Source of the DNA: Glaucostegus cemiculus
Lineage: Eukaryota
Assembly (NCBI GenBank): GCA_976551045.1
Contig: CDPCPM010000106.1
Coordinates: forward strand, 25,916,001 to 25,980,000
DNA: 64,000 bases
Direction: 5' to 3'
Shown here in pieces: positions 52,226-64,000 of the stretch (position 1 is its first letter; every line of letters begins with the position of its first letter). Both the position numbers and the translations under genes were made by a program. The notes under the pieces were generated by a model. It was not told the DNA's origin and searched no databases. It was given only the letters and a program-made list of their open reading frames with translations.

Positions 52226-55200
52226 TTGGCCCTCTGCTTGGGAGATAAAAGATCGAACCATCAGATCAATTCATCATTAAATCATCAAGTATTTAAAAAG
52301 AAGTAAATGATCCAGAGCGTTAGAAAACTGATGTGCTGAAACACAAAATTAACCTAAGTGGGATAGTTGAAGGTTTTCAAAGGTTTTCATGTAGTGAATT
52401 CCAATTCACTTACAGCAAATATGCATTAACATATTTCACACACATTTTGAAATAATAAATAAATCTGGAATATTTTTTTAAATAGTTTCAGTAACTGTAA
52501 CCATGAAACTACAATATTATTGCAAAAACACATCTAGTTCTCTAATGTCCTTCAGTAAAGGAAATCTGCTGTCCTTACCAAGTCTGTGAGTCCAAAGCCA
52601 CCAACATGTTCCCTCAGTACAGGTTCAGTCAGGGGTGAACAATAAATGCTGGCATTACCAATGCCATCCACATCCCGTGAATGAATAAAAAATAATAATT
52701 TTATTCATACTTACCAAGTAGTGAACTTTTTGTAATTACTGAATAATTCTAATATTATTCCTGCTGTAAATTGAATAATCAGAGCCAGTGATTTCTGATG
52801 CTGGGAGCTAACTTCTGAAACTTCTAAAGTTTCTAAATACTTTAAGTACTTTCTTCCACAGACTAAATGCGTCAGTAAAATGACTAAGTATGAAGTCTCA
52901 TGAATATGTCGGTTTGCTATTACTCAATCACTAACAAAAGCAATTCACATTTGTAACCTCTGACACATCAGTGGTAATACCATACAGTGTTGCCATGTTG
53001 CATAGGGCACAACAGAAAACAATCACAGCTGTCCTCAGCTGCAGAATGTGCTTTGACCTTGCATGGCCCAAACATTCTAGTCACAGAATGCTTCATTTAT
53101 AATTGCTCTCCATGTGGTAGTGCGTGCACTATTATGTTTCTTAGCTGGATTGAGAAGTTGAAACAAATAGTGTCTATTAAATGTCAAAGGGGGGCTGTTT
53201 TGTTTTCCGAAGAACCAGACACAGATTCACAACTTGATTTACTCATCAACTGTCCTCCAGTTATTTTTTCAAATTCATTGCCTGGTTCAGAATTACAAGA
53301 TGAAATAATGATCATTACTCTCAAAGTAACTGATGGCTATGTATTTGATGAAGTTCCCTGCATTAAGATCCACCTGTACATTAACATTCCTTCAGTCCAG
53401 CTAACTGTTAAAACTGATATACCATTTACAACTGTTTTGAAAGTACCTGTAAATATTCAGACATTATTAAATTAACTTTCAGTCCTGAAGGCTACTTTCA
53501 CCAAAGGAAATACCCATGAGTATCAATCTATCAATCAATCATTAACCTCCAGGCAATATTTCTACCACTTTACTCCATGTTATGTCAGGTTCCCTATCTC
53601 CTCACAACAGTCACAAGCAGCAACTGCTCCATCAAAGCTCAGGACATTTATCCAGTGAGGTACCAACATGTCTAGTGCATTTAACATGGTAAAACATCTT
53701 AAGGAGTCCCATCAGGCTAAAACTGAGGGTGAATAAAAGCTGGTCACAGATGTGGTTTTTAAGATGTATCATAAAGGAGGGGGATAGGTAGAAAGGTTTG
53801 GGAGGGGAGTTTGGTTGGGGCGGTGTCAGGAAGCCAGTATCTATGCTGCAAACAATTGAAGACATGACTATCAATTACTGAGGGGGCAGGGGTGAGGAAC
53901 TCAGGGATCTACTGGCAGCCAGAAAAGAGGATCACACAATTTCTGGGAGATTACGTGCTTGGAGGTAGTTAAAGAGTTAGAAAGAAGTGAGGGTATGGAG
54001 GGATTTGAACATAAGAATAGGAAGTTACATTAATGCAGTTTGAACAAGCATGGTGAACAGAACTTGGTGCCAACTAATATGCAGAGAGCAGAGTTTTGGT
54101 TTAGTTCAAGTTTCAGAGGTTGTAAAATGGGAGGCCATTCATTAAATGTTATAGTCATTGAGTGTGGAGGTATTGAGTATGTGGGTGAAGGTTTCATCAT
54201 CAGAGAGCAAGGGAATACATTTGATCTAGAGCTATTAATGAACGAAGAGATTTCAACTGCAAATATGGTAGTAATGTTCCAAGTCCCATTACTATTTGGT
54301 TTGAATGGCTGCAAGTCCATACCCTGTAAGTAATGCATATGCCTACTATAGCAATCAAAAATTTCCATCTAATTAATAGATGGTATTTGTAAACAGATGT
54401 TCAGCTTCTGAAAGCAAAATCTTGTTCAAACAATTTCCAGCCCAAGTCAAAATTTTGCCCGTTTTCAATTTTGCAAATTTTTTTTTTGTGCGGAACTTAG
54501 CACAAGATCTTCTGGAAGCCAGTTGAAGGGGCAGAATAAGTACAGATAGGAAAAGAAAGCTGCAAAGGGATACAGACTGTTGAAGGGTGAGGGAAAATAA
54601 TTGGAGATAGATTTTAAGGTGGGAAAGTATGTATCTACCCATAGGGAGCTATTCATACCCTCAGTCACAAAAGATAAATTTGAAAAGTTGTTAAATGAGA
54701 GAGCAGATCAAAGAGATTTGTGAATACAAATACACAAATCATTTAAAGCCAGTAGACAGTTCAAAAATCAATCAAACACTTTACTTAAATGTGACCTTTA
54801 TCTCCAGAGCACAGAGAGAAAGATTTGGAATCTATGGTTCTCTTGCTTGAGCTGTGTAAACCCTAACTCGGGCTACTGGATGCAGCTCAGAGAGGTGTTG
54901 TTGACCTTGGCTAATGTACCATGTCTCTGGCACTGAGGGTGTTAAATTATGTCACTAAAATACTCCACATTCCTTTCAATGGAAAAGGTTGAAACATTTA
55001 AAATATTAAAAGATTCAGGAATGGGGGAATATAACGTTGGTTATTAGCCAGCCATTTGGAAGGAAATAGGGAAGTATCTTTTCCACACAAACAAAAGTAG
55101 AAATCTCCACACCTTGACCTGACAGGTTGTAGATGTTGGAACAATCAAGTTTTCAAGAGTCTTGTTGAGTAACAGTACTAAGCTAGGAAAGGTAAATGGA

Positions 55201-55759
55201 GTTTACAGACAGATATCTGTGACCAGATGGAGTTGTGGAGGATGACTTACTCCATTTTCAAAAGTATTGGATTTTAGTTCTAAGGCAGGAGGTAGCAAGG
55301 AACTCTTCAGAAGTTGGGTAATCTGGAGTTAAGGTTTCTCGTATGTCCTGAATTTGGATCCCACTGGGGTTCACTTGCTTGGCCAAGAGGAAACATATCC
55401 TCTCGTCCTGACCCTGATGCACATGGTGTTTGTCTAAAGGACTTAACCCTTCTCATCAAGACCAGAAAAACCCAAAAACTGGATCACTGAAAATAAGCTA
55501 GTGCACTCCCAATAAAACACTAATTGACTTTCCGCCTTCTGTAACTGGATTCATTACCCAGCTCTTTCCTGTGTCAGCCAAAACCAGACGTGGGGAATCC
55601 AAAGCAGGTTTAATATCTGTTTCAGATGTTTTGTTTTTTAACCTCCCCACCAAACCAAACCCAGCTATTTCTTGAGAATTAAGGTTCCTCCCTAGTTTAC
55701 ATTCTATCAGAGCAATACAAAATAGATTCAATCCCTGATTTTCTCTCCTTCCCCCTTTC

Positions 55760-56072
55760 CCATCAGGCAGAAGATACAAAAAACCTGAAAGCATGTACAT
55801 CAGACTCAAGGACAGCTTCTATCCAACTGTTATAAGACTATTGAATCGATCTCTTGTATGATAAACTGGGCTCTTGACCTCACAATCTACCTCGTCATGG
55901 CCTTCCACCCTATTGTCTGCCTGCATTGCATTTTCCCTGTAACTGTAACACTTTGTTCTGCATTCTGTTATTGCTTTTCCCTTCTGTTATCTTGATGTAC
56001 TGATGTGGAGAAATGATCTGCATGGATGACATGCAACTGCACCTTGGTACATGTGACAATAATAAACCAATT
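55760..56072 (+). mobile_element. Rex1/Babar-type LINE 3' fragment
   Basis: ccatcaggcagaagatacaaaaacctgaaagcatgtacatcagactcaaggacagcttctatcc (PSGRRY...RLKDSFYP) and the tail gtacatgtgacaataataaaccaat. Confidence 0.75.
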
Positions 56073-59000
56073 TTTAAGAACAAGTGACATTACTTTAAAG
56101 AAAAAACTCTTTGTATTAAGCTTAATGCAATTTATTGCAAGACTATTTTGAGAGGGCAGAAACATCAATAGATCAATTAGAGTGAAATCACAGTTGAAAG
56201 GACTCATGAGGAGAGGGAAGAGATAATTGGGTGAAATCATTAGAGAAGAAATCATTTTACACTGGTGTAGATTCAACAGGGATAGGGATTTCACTGACAT
56301 GGATTTGCCTGTGATATGCCAGATCAGGGAAATGGATTGATTTTACAATAAGAAAAGATGATGATGGGCCCAGTAACCCATTGAATTTCCTTTCATTTCC
56401 TTTCATACTAGGGAGTATATTGAGAGATAGCAATGATCATAGGACAAGCTCACTCACCTAAAGTCATCTTTGTCACGGTTTTCTTTTCCTCATTCACGCC
56501 TTTATTGAAGCCCTTGATATTTAAGGGTTCTCCTGTCCCCATTTAGATGAGACATATATTCCTAGATGCCTTGCTGGAAATACTATCTGTACTGTTCTGC
56601 CCCTCTTCCTAGACAATGGCTTGTGGAGATGTGACCTGGAGCCCACCCTAAATAAATAATCAACCCCACACAATCACAGTAGCCAGAATCCCATTCTGAC
56701 ATTCCTCCAGTGATGCGACCACCCCACAAATAAATTCACCCCTGTATCTCATAATCACCTGTTGTTGCCCTATAATATGCTTTAAAAATGTCAGTACAGG
56801 CAACTTGACAGCCTTTTTCTACCAAATGTTTCCTCCTCTGAGTTTCAAAAAAAAGTCCCATCCCATTAACATCATGAGTGGAAAATGCATTGTGGGTAGA
56901 ATCTTCCATTCATGATGTCACAGGAAGGGAGAGTTCCACACAAAATGTCTGCTTCCAACAATTCTAAAGTGTAAACCAGTTTACAAGAAGAGATTGTGGA
57001 ACACCAGGAAGTGTGCAGGTATTTCATAGAATTATAGTTAGCACAATGAGATATTTAGGATGATAGGGTTTAAATGAAACAAGTAATAATGGTAAAGAGT
57101 TAATGAAAGAAATGTATTTAACAGACCAATCTGTGAGAGCTATAATAATCCTGTTCTATTCAGTTAGAAGTAACGACTGGAGGATTAGATCAATATTAAA
57201 ATATAAAAATTAGCAATTTAGTTTGCTGTAATATGAACTTATGAGCTAGGTATTTCTTGTTTAGTAATGTATTTTTTTTACATTTGTGGACTGCAAACTT
57301 ACTCTGAAACACCAAAATCCATTCTGTGAGTTGGTTTAAACTTTGTCCCAGTCCAAAAGTTTAAGACAAATGTGACTGGATTCTTTTATCACATCTTCAT
57401 ATTCTTGGGGTGAATTTTATAACATTTAATGCTTCTTTATTAGGTTAAATCATCTTTAACCTGTTCCCACAGTTCAGGACTCTCTGAATGCTGTTGTATT
57501 GTTCTGAATATCTAGTGCTTTCCTCTTTTCTTCCATGCCAATCATTCCATAGACTCCCAGAAGAAGCCTGATGAAACCATTGTACTTGACATTAGACTCT
57601 GCATTTCCCATGGCAGGCAAACTAATGTTCTTTTTGGAGCAGGGGGCTGTGGAAAGTTAATTTTTTAAATGTGAAAAATACATTGTATATCAGCCCACAG
57701 CATTTCATGGCAGTGGATATTGTGATATCTGAATGTTCTGCCACGAATAGGCAAGAGGTATCATTATCGTATTTAAACTGACTTCTGCAGGGTAATTGGG
57801 AACCTGATTTAAAATTTACCACAGAGAACTGGGATGGTGTAATAGAAAGGGTCCAGTGTGGGGGTAGGGGTGAGGGAGTGGGTAGATGAAAAGCACTAGG
57901 AGGAGCAGGGGTGCCACCTGCATTTTCTCAACCTGAGTTTTGGCTTTTCCCCATTCCTGTCATCAAAAGTTTTCTTTTCCTACCTGTTGCAATCTCCAAA
58001 TCCCCATTTCCCCCTCCCATTTGCCAGGGACCATCCCCAATAACCCAAGATAGCTCTAAGCTTGAGCAATACCCTCTCATGAGATCTTGTACTTCTACTC
58101 ATGGCCTTGCACTCATTACTCTTGGTAAAATACTTTGATTTGAACTTTCAAAAATAAATAATAACTTGAAATAAGCAATATAAATACATGCTGAAAGCAG
58201 CAATTGAGTGCAAAATGTTTAAAATATCAAATAATTTCTGTCGATTGGTATTGATATTTTTAATTGCATTCTTGGGATGTGGATGTCATGAACCAATTTT
58301 TATTTTCTGTTGCTCTTGAGAAAAGTGGAGCTGAGAATTCACTTTGGTACTCCCACTATGTTCTTAGGTCAAGAGTTGCACTATTGCACTCAACAACAAA
58401 GAAACATCAGTGGAAAATGTCCAATCCTTCAGCTGTGTGACTTAAACAGGAACTTGTACATGATGTTGTTCCCATGCACTTGCTGCCCTTGTCCTCTTTA
58501 AGCTGTAGTAACTGCAGGTTTGGAATGTGCTACCAAACAAGCCTTTCCAAATTCCCAAGGGTGGTAAACACTATTCCAAAAGCACAATATTTAAATGATT
58601 TGCTCAGAGAAGGATATTCTTTTATCAGGACCTTTTCAGTACTCAAAAAGCCTTCCATCTTCATTATGTTGCTGCAGGCAGGTTTCAGTTCCTCATTGTT
58701 TCCCCTTCCCCTTATTTTAGGTGATAAGACATTAGTTTGCAATGGATTCTTTCCAGCTGATTAAACTTCTCTATGTTAGGGAACCATCCAGTCTCCTGTA
58801 TTGTATTGTTTTAAGTCTTGAGTTCTCTGACATCTTTTTGCCTGCAGCTTGCTAAATTGATACAGAAGGGATTGCCATTCCAATTATTGATCATAAATAT
58901 TTTTCAATGTTTAGAACCAGAAATAGGTATTAGGGGAGCATTAAAATTCTCCTTCAATGCAATAAATTAGACCACAAGCTGACGTCTCAATGTTTGTGCC

Positions 59001-61984
59001 ATATTGAAGGTTATGCTGTGATGTGGGATTGGTAGATGTTTGCATGAAATTTGTTGGGAAAGAACTGATGGACAAAACTGAAATGAGTAGAAAACTGATG
59101 TAGAGGCACAAAGCAGGGGTAGGGGATGGTTCAGCTGAGGACCTGTCTCTTTGATGAATTTGCATGTAGTATTCATTGAGATTATGTCACGGTGTAGAGA
59201 CTGCAATCACAACACTTCTATTGGGGTGTCATCACCTTCATCCAAAAAGGAAAAATATCAGGATATTTTCATTGGGTTGTGAGAATGTTGGAGAGGGGGT
59301 GTTGGTAGGAAACAATTTATGCAATTATTATTCCCATTGACAAGAAAGTAACCACGAGCCATTAAATTGTTCAAATTGTCTCCTGACCACTGTGTCAGAA
59401 CGGCAGGAAAATAAAGAAACTAGTCTGAGATCCTCAGGCAGAGATTTTGTAGTCACACTGTGTATATATGCATATCTACCCTTATGGTACTAACATACAT
59501 TTGTCAGAAATTAGTGCTTTGTTTGCAAGAACTCTGGAAAATTGTCTAAATAGTATAATGAAAACTTAATTTCAAGAATAATATTAAGTTCTACCTGTTT
59601 CTAGCAGAGACAATAAATGTGAATAAGGCCCAAAATGAGAATTGGAGAAAATCTAACCTTGTATTGTGAAATAGTCCTACTTACATAAAAATGTTAAGAT
59701 TCAGGGCTTTTAACTTGAATGATGGTACAGAGCCTTCAAGTTTAGGTTATTCATTAAAATAATTAAATCATAAAAATAATTAAAATGTAACAAAATTAAT
59801 TTTGATTACATTCTAAAATTAAATGGATATTAAAGGCAATTTCAAACAGAAAAATGTGACACACTTGATGAATGAAGACGTTCAGTTTTAAACATAGATC
59901 ATGCACTATTTATTAAACAAATGTAATCACTTAAATTATAATTTAAAAGATTAAGGAACTCATCCTTTGATTGTGCTGATGCCATACAGAAAACATAGCC
60001 TGCAATTACTTTTAACTTGACTCAAAAAAAATTTCTCACTGGGTTTTTATCAGCAGTGCTCAGTCCTCAGTTATTTCCATCAGTGTCCAGGAATTTAGAA
60101 AGGATGCAGGTTCACTAACAATTTGTTCCGGCTTGCAATGTAAACAAGTAAATAAACAACCGCAGGGCAGCTCAGTGGAATTCTTGAAGAAAGTCAGCTG
60201 TTTCACAGCTTTTTTTACTAAGAGATGTTGTATATTATTCTGCAAATGTTCAATCACTGTGAAGTAATTTCAGACCCGCAGATCAGTCAGAGTGGTTTAG
60301 CCAGGTTGGAAAATGGTTGGCAGTTCTGAATATGGCTGAGAAGCACAGGGATTTTAATATAGCACCTACAAACATTGTGACATTCAAAAGGAGAGCTCCA
60401 ATGAGGTGACTGAACATGCAATCATATTATTTTTTATTACTATGAAGACAGATAGGTAATTTCATCCTGTATTAATTAAAGATCACATTCCCCAGCATCT
60501 TTCATATAATAGAGATATTGCTTTTCAATTTAGTGTGGTTAATTTCTACAATCCAGGCTTTTGCCCTTAAAGTGAGTTACTATTTGCATAATTAAATATT
60601 TCTTGCATATTGCCTTTGTAATTTGATGTCTGACACATGCCATTACAGTCAGATCAACTGCCAGCAAGAAAATGATGGTATACAAGAACCATTGGTACAG
60701 CCAGTGACTGTATCAACTAACAAAAAAAACTGGGAGCTTATCATCTCTCCAAATGGATGAAATTTCTTCATGTACCGCAAATAAGCCTGAAATTTGAAAC
60801 AATAATGAAATTAGCCCTGTTAATTTAGTTTCACTCATATGTATTGAGGAAGGCAAGTTTGTTGGGACACCAGAAGAATACCTCTGATTGTTGTCGTGGG
60901 ATCTCTGATATCTGTTTAGATCAGTGTAACAGGCGGCACATTAACACGCAGGTTAATCTCTCATTCCAAGCAAAGCATCCAAATTCAATTACCTCATCTG
61001 GGTACAGTGCAACCGTGCATTCAACCAACCACCCTTAACCATATGATACTCTAATGAGGAAGAAAAAATACATCTGAAATAGTATGAAATGCAGACCAAT
61101 AAATTTGCATTGTGCTCTGTCTTCATTAGGGATTTAAGGCTTACCAAAATGTCTAATACTGCTGATTATAATTTTCACAAGGATTAACATTTTCATTAAG
61201 TGACAAATGATAACTACAAGTAATTTACATGTTCCAGTCTATAAATGTTGTAATACCTACAGCAACCATCTTGATCCAAACTCCTACAAAATAATCTTCT
61301 CCAGATAGGATCTGTTGCCAATGATAACTCCTTTTCTCAACCATCTTTAACAGATTTTACCTGAACTAGTGCTTCTGTGAATAAGACACGATGGTGTAAT
61401 ATTCCATATCTTTGTTACTTATACAGATCATGCACCTTTAAATCTTATTTTCCATTTTTTTCTATCTTTGACATGTGGATCATCAACAAGGCCTCTCTTT
61501 TCACAGCACAAGCATGTCAGTTTCACCAATAAATGTCCTTCATGTTACAACTTTGACCTCCATCTCAATCAACTGCAATTTACGTGAGGTGATTTTTTTT
61601 TCTTGGCTTATGAGTTAATGTTAGCATGAGATGTATTAAAGGAGTATACATCAAAAGGAAGCAAAGTACTAATGCACATAACATCTATAATCAGTGCACT
61701 GCACACTCTGCACTAATATCTCAATAACTAATTGTCAAAAAATAGAACTATTGCAAAATGGAACAGAAATGCAATCAACCAAAATCACCAGGTTTGTACA
61801 ATTACATTTTTGAAGTTGGTATAGTACAGTTTTATGTGTCACCATACTATGAAACGATTATTCACAGGGCAAAAAAAAAAAGGTTTGAAAGTAGTAGCTA
61901 CATTTTTAAATTTTCAGTGCAAGTATATTTGAGGTAGTCTATGTGAATCTCAATCAATTTAAAATCTACATTGCAAACAGCAGA

Positions 61985-63600
61985 CATGGGATACTAGAAT
62001 CTGGGTAACAAATAATCTGCTGGAGGAACTCGGGTCAGGCAGCATCTGTGGGGGGGTGGGGGGGGGGAATGGTCAAAACCCTGCATCAGGACCGAGAGTG
62101 GAGAGGGAAGATGGCTGGTATAAAGAAGAGAGGGAGAGTGATGAGATGGGCTAGTAGTTGTTTGGTGGACCGAGGAGGGGTGAAGGATGATGGGCAGATG
62201 GAGCCAGGAAGGGGGGAGGGGTGGAGTGGAGGTGGGAGACAGAAGAAGAGGCTGGTGGAGCTAGGTGGAGACAGGCAACAAAAAAAAAATTAGATGGAGC
62301 TGGGTGGGGGGAGGGAAGGGGAGGGTGAAGGTGCTGGAGGGTGATACTGGGAACATAAAGGCTACCAGTGCTGGAATCTGATATGTAAGGAAGTTGATAA
62401 TGGGATCCATTGGTGGAGAGGTGGAACCAGGTGGGGGAGGGGATCTGGTGTGTGAAACGTGTGGGTAGTAGGTGGATGGAACCAGGGAGGGGAATGAAGA
62501 TTGGTGGGGGAGGTGGGAAAGGGGACAAAAATAGGGGGACCAGAGGTGGATGGGAAGAAGAGAGAAAGGGGTGGGACATAGGAGGTGCACGTTGCCAGAA
62601 ATTGGAAAATTCAAAGTTCATACCTTTGGGTTGTAGACTACCCAGGAGGAAAATGAGCTGTTGTTCCTCTTGTTTGCATTGGGCCTCACCCTGGCAGTGG
62701 AGAAGGCAGAGGATGGATAGGTCAGTGTGGAAATGGGAAGGGGAGCTGAAATGACATGCAACCGGAAGCTCATGATAAAGAAGACAGGGTGCAGGCACTT
62801 GGCAAATCAGTCACCTCGTCTGTGCTTGGTCTCAGTGACGTACACGAGGCCACATCAGGAACACCGAATGCAGTAGACGAGGTTGGAGGAGGTACATGTA
62901 AATTTTTGCTTCACCTGGCAGGGCTGTTTAGGTCCTTGGATGTTGTTGAGGGAGGAGGTGTAAGGACAAGTGTTTCACCTCCTGTGGGTGCAGGAGAAAG
63001 TGCCAGGGATCGGGGGGGGGGGGGGGGGTGGGGAGGAATGAGCGGACCAGACAGTAATGGAGGGAGTGGTCCTTGCAGAACGCAGAAAGGGGTGGGAGGA
63101 GAAGATGTGGCTGGTGGTGGGATCTTGATGGATCTGGTAGAAATGATGAATGATGATGTCCTGGATGCAGAGGCCAGTCAGGTGAAAGGTGAGGGCTAGG
63201 GAAACTCTATCTCTGTTCAGAATACTGGGAAATGGAGAAAATTCAAGATAGGACTCCACCAACCACAGTAGAAGGGAAGCCACATTTCCTGAAAAAGGAG
63301 GACATTTCAGATATCCTGTAATGGAAGGCCTCATCTGGAGAACAGATGCAGTTGAGAGAGTGAAGCTGAGAGAAAAGGATGGCATCCTTTCAGAAGATAG
63401 TATGGAAGGTGATTTAGTCTAGGGAGCTGTGGAAGTCTGCGACTTTATAGTAAATGTCAGTGGATGGTTTGTCTCTTGAGGTGGAGATGGAGAGCTCCAG
63501 AAAAGGGAGTCAGAAATGGTCCATGTGAATTTGAGAGCAGGGTTAATGTTAGTAGCGAAGGTGAGAAAATTGATGAGTTCCGCACAGGTGCAGGAGGCAA
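61985..63600 (-). mobile_element. Penelope-like element (RT C-terminus plus GIY-YIG endonuclease), degenerate
   Basis: LPVACHFSSPSHFHTDLSILCLLHCQGEAQCKQEEQQLIFLLGSLQPKGMNFEFSNF and RVSLALTFHLTGLCIQDIIIHHFYQIHQDPTTSHIF are typical Penelope-like motifs. A pyrimidine-rich 3' region is followed by a gatgctgcctgacccgagttcctccagc end. Confidence 0.85.
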
Positions 63601-64000
63601 CATCTTTGCAATTTTAGCAGACTGACATTGAGAATAATATGTTAATATTATTAGAATAGTAGTTGTAATAATTTCTAACTGCTCATGGTTTGTTTTTATT
63701 TAACTATGCTAGCATTTATGAAATTTTAATCAAATAGTGTTAAAAGTGCTTGTAAATTTTATGTGCTTGGTCAATGATTGGCATTTCTTCCTTTTCAAGA
63801 TTTTGTTGCATTCATAACATCTGTTATAAGTTCTAAAGTATCCTATATCTTTTACAAAATCAACAATTGTACATTTTTACTTAATTATACATTTGTAATG
63901 TAGCATAACTTCCAATAGAGAGACATTATTTCAATGCAAGTTATAATTTTTCAATTGCCCACTATTAGAATAGAAAGACAGTTATGAATCTGCAATTTCA

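Noticed and set aside
52987-53475. 162-aa ORF
   Set aside because: It has a non-ATG start, its 5' part overlaps a SINE relic, and it has no recognisable domain.
62048-63385. Long G-rich and C-rich ORFs near the window end as a novel gene or G-quadruplex system
   Set aside because: They are fully explained by the degenerate Penelope-like element and its pyrimidine-rich 3' region.

Overview
This is AT-rich vertebrate DNA. The repeat content (CR1, Rex1/Babar-type, Tx1, Penelope-like, Deu-type SINEs and palindromic repeats) points to a cartilaginous fish, which is an inference. I saw nothing prokaryotic: no CRISPR array, operon, rRNA or tRNA gene. Left to right: (1) the last two coding exons of an MGST3-family gene (+, 1080-4399); (2) an intact, intronless U1 snRNP C gene (SNRPC; -, 8702-9187) in a CpG island, head-to-head with (3) a complete TMEM50A gene (+, six coding exons 16224-23530, 159 aa); (4) about 19 kb of splice-site-bounded, stop- and frameshift-riddled exon relics (-, about 29.2-48.3 kb) that look like an unprocessed pseudogene of an ARHGEF33-like RhoGEF; (5) repeat-rich DNA with no recognisable gene, ending in a Penelope-like element. 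The main leads are the apparently functional SNRPC retrogene sharing a mirror-image bidirectional promoter with TMEM50A, the hidden RhoGEF-like pseudogene, and several hairpin-forming elements in TMEM50A introns. All protein and repeat identifications come from remembered family sequences; no alignment or search was run.
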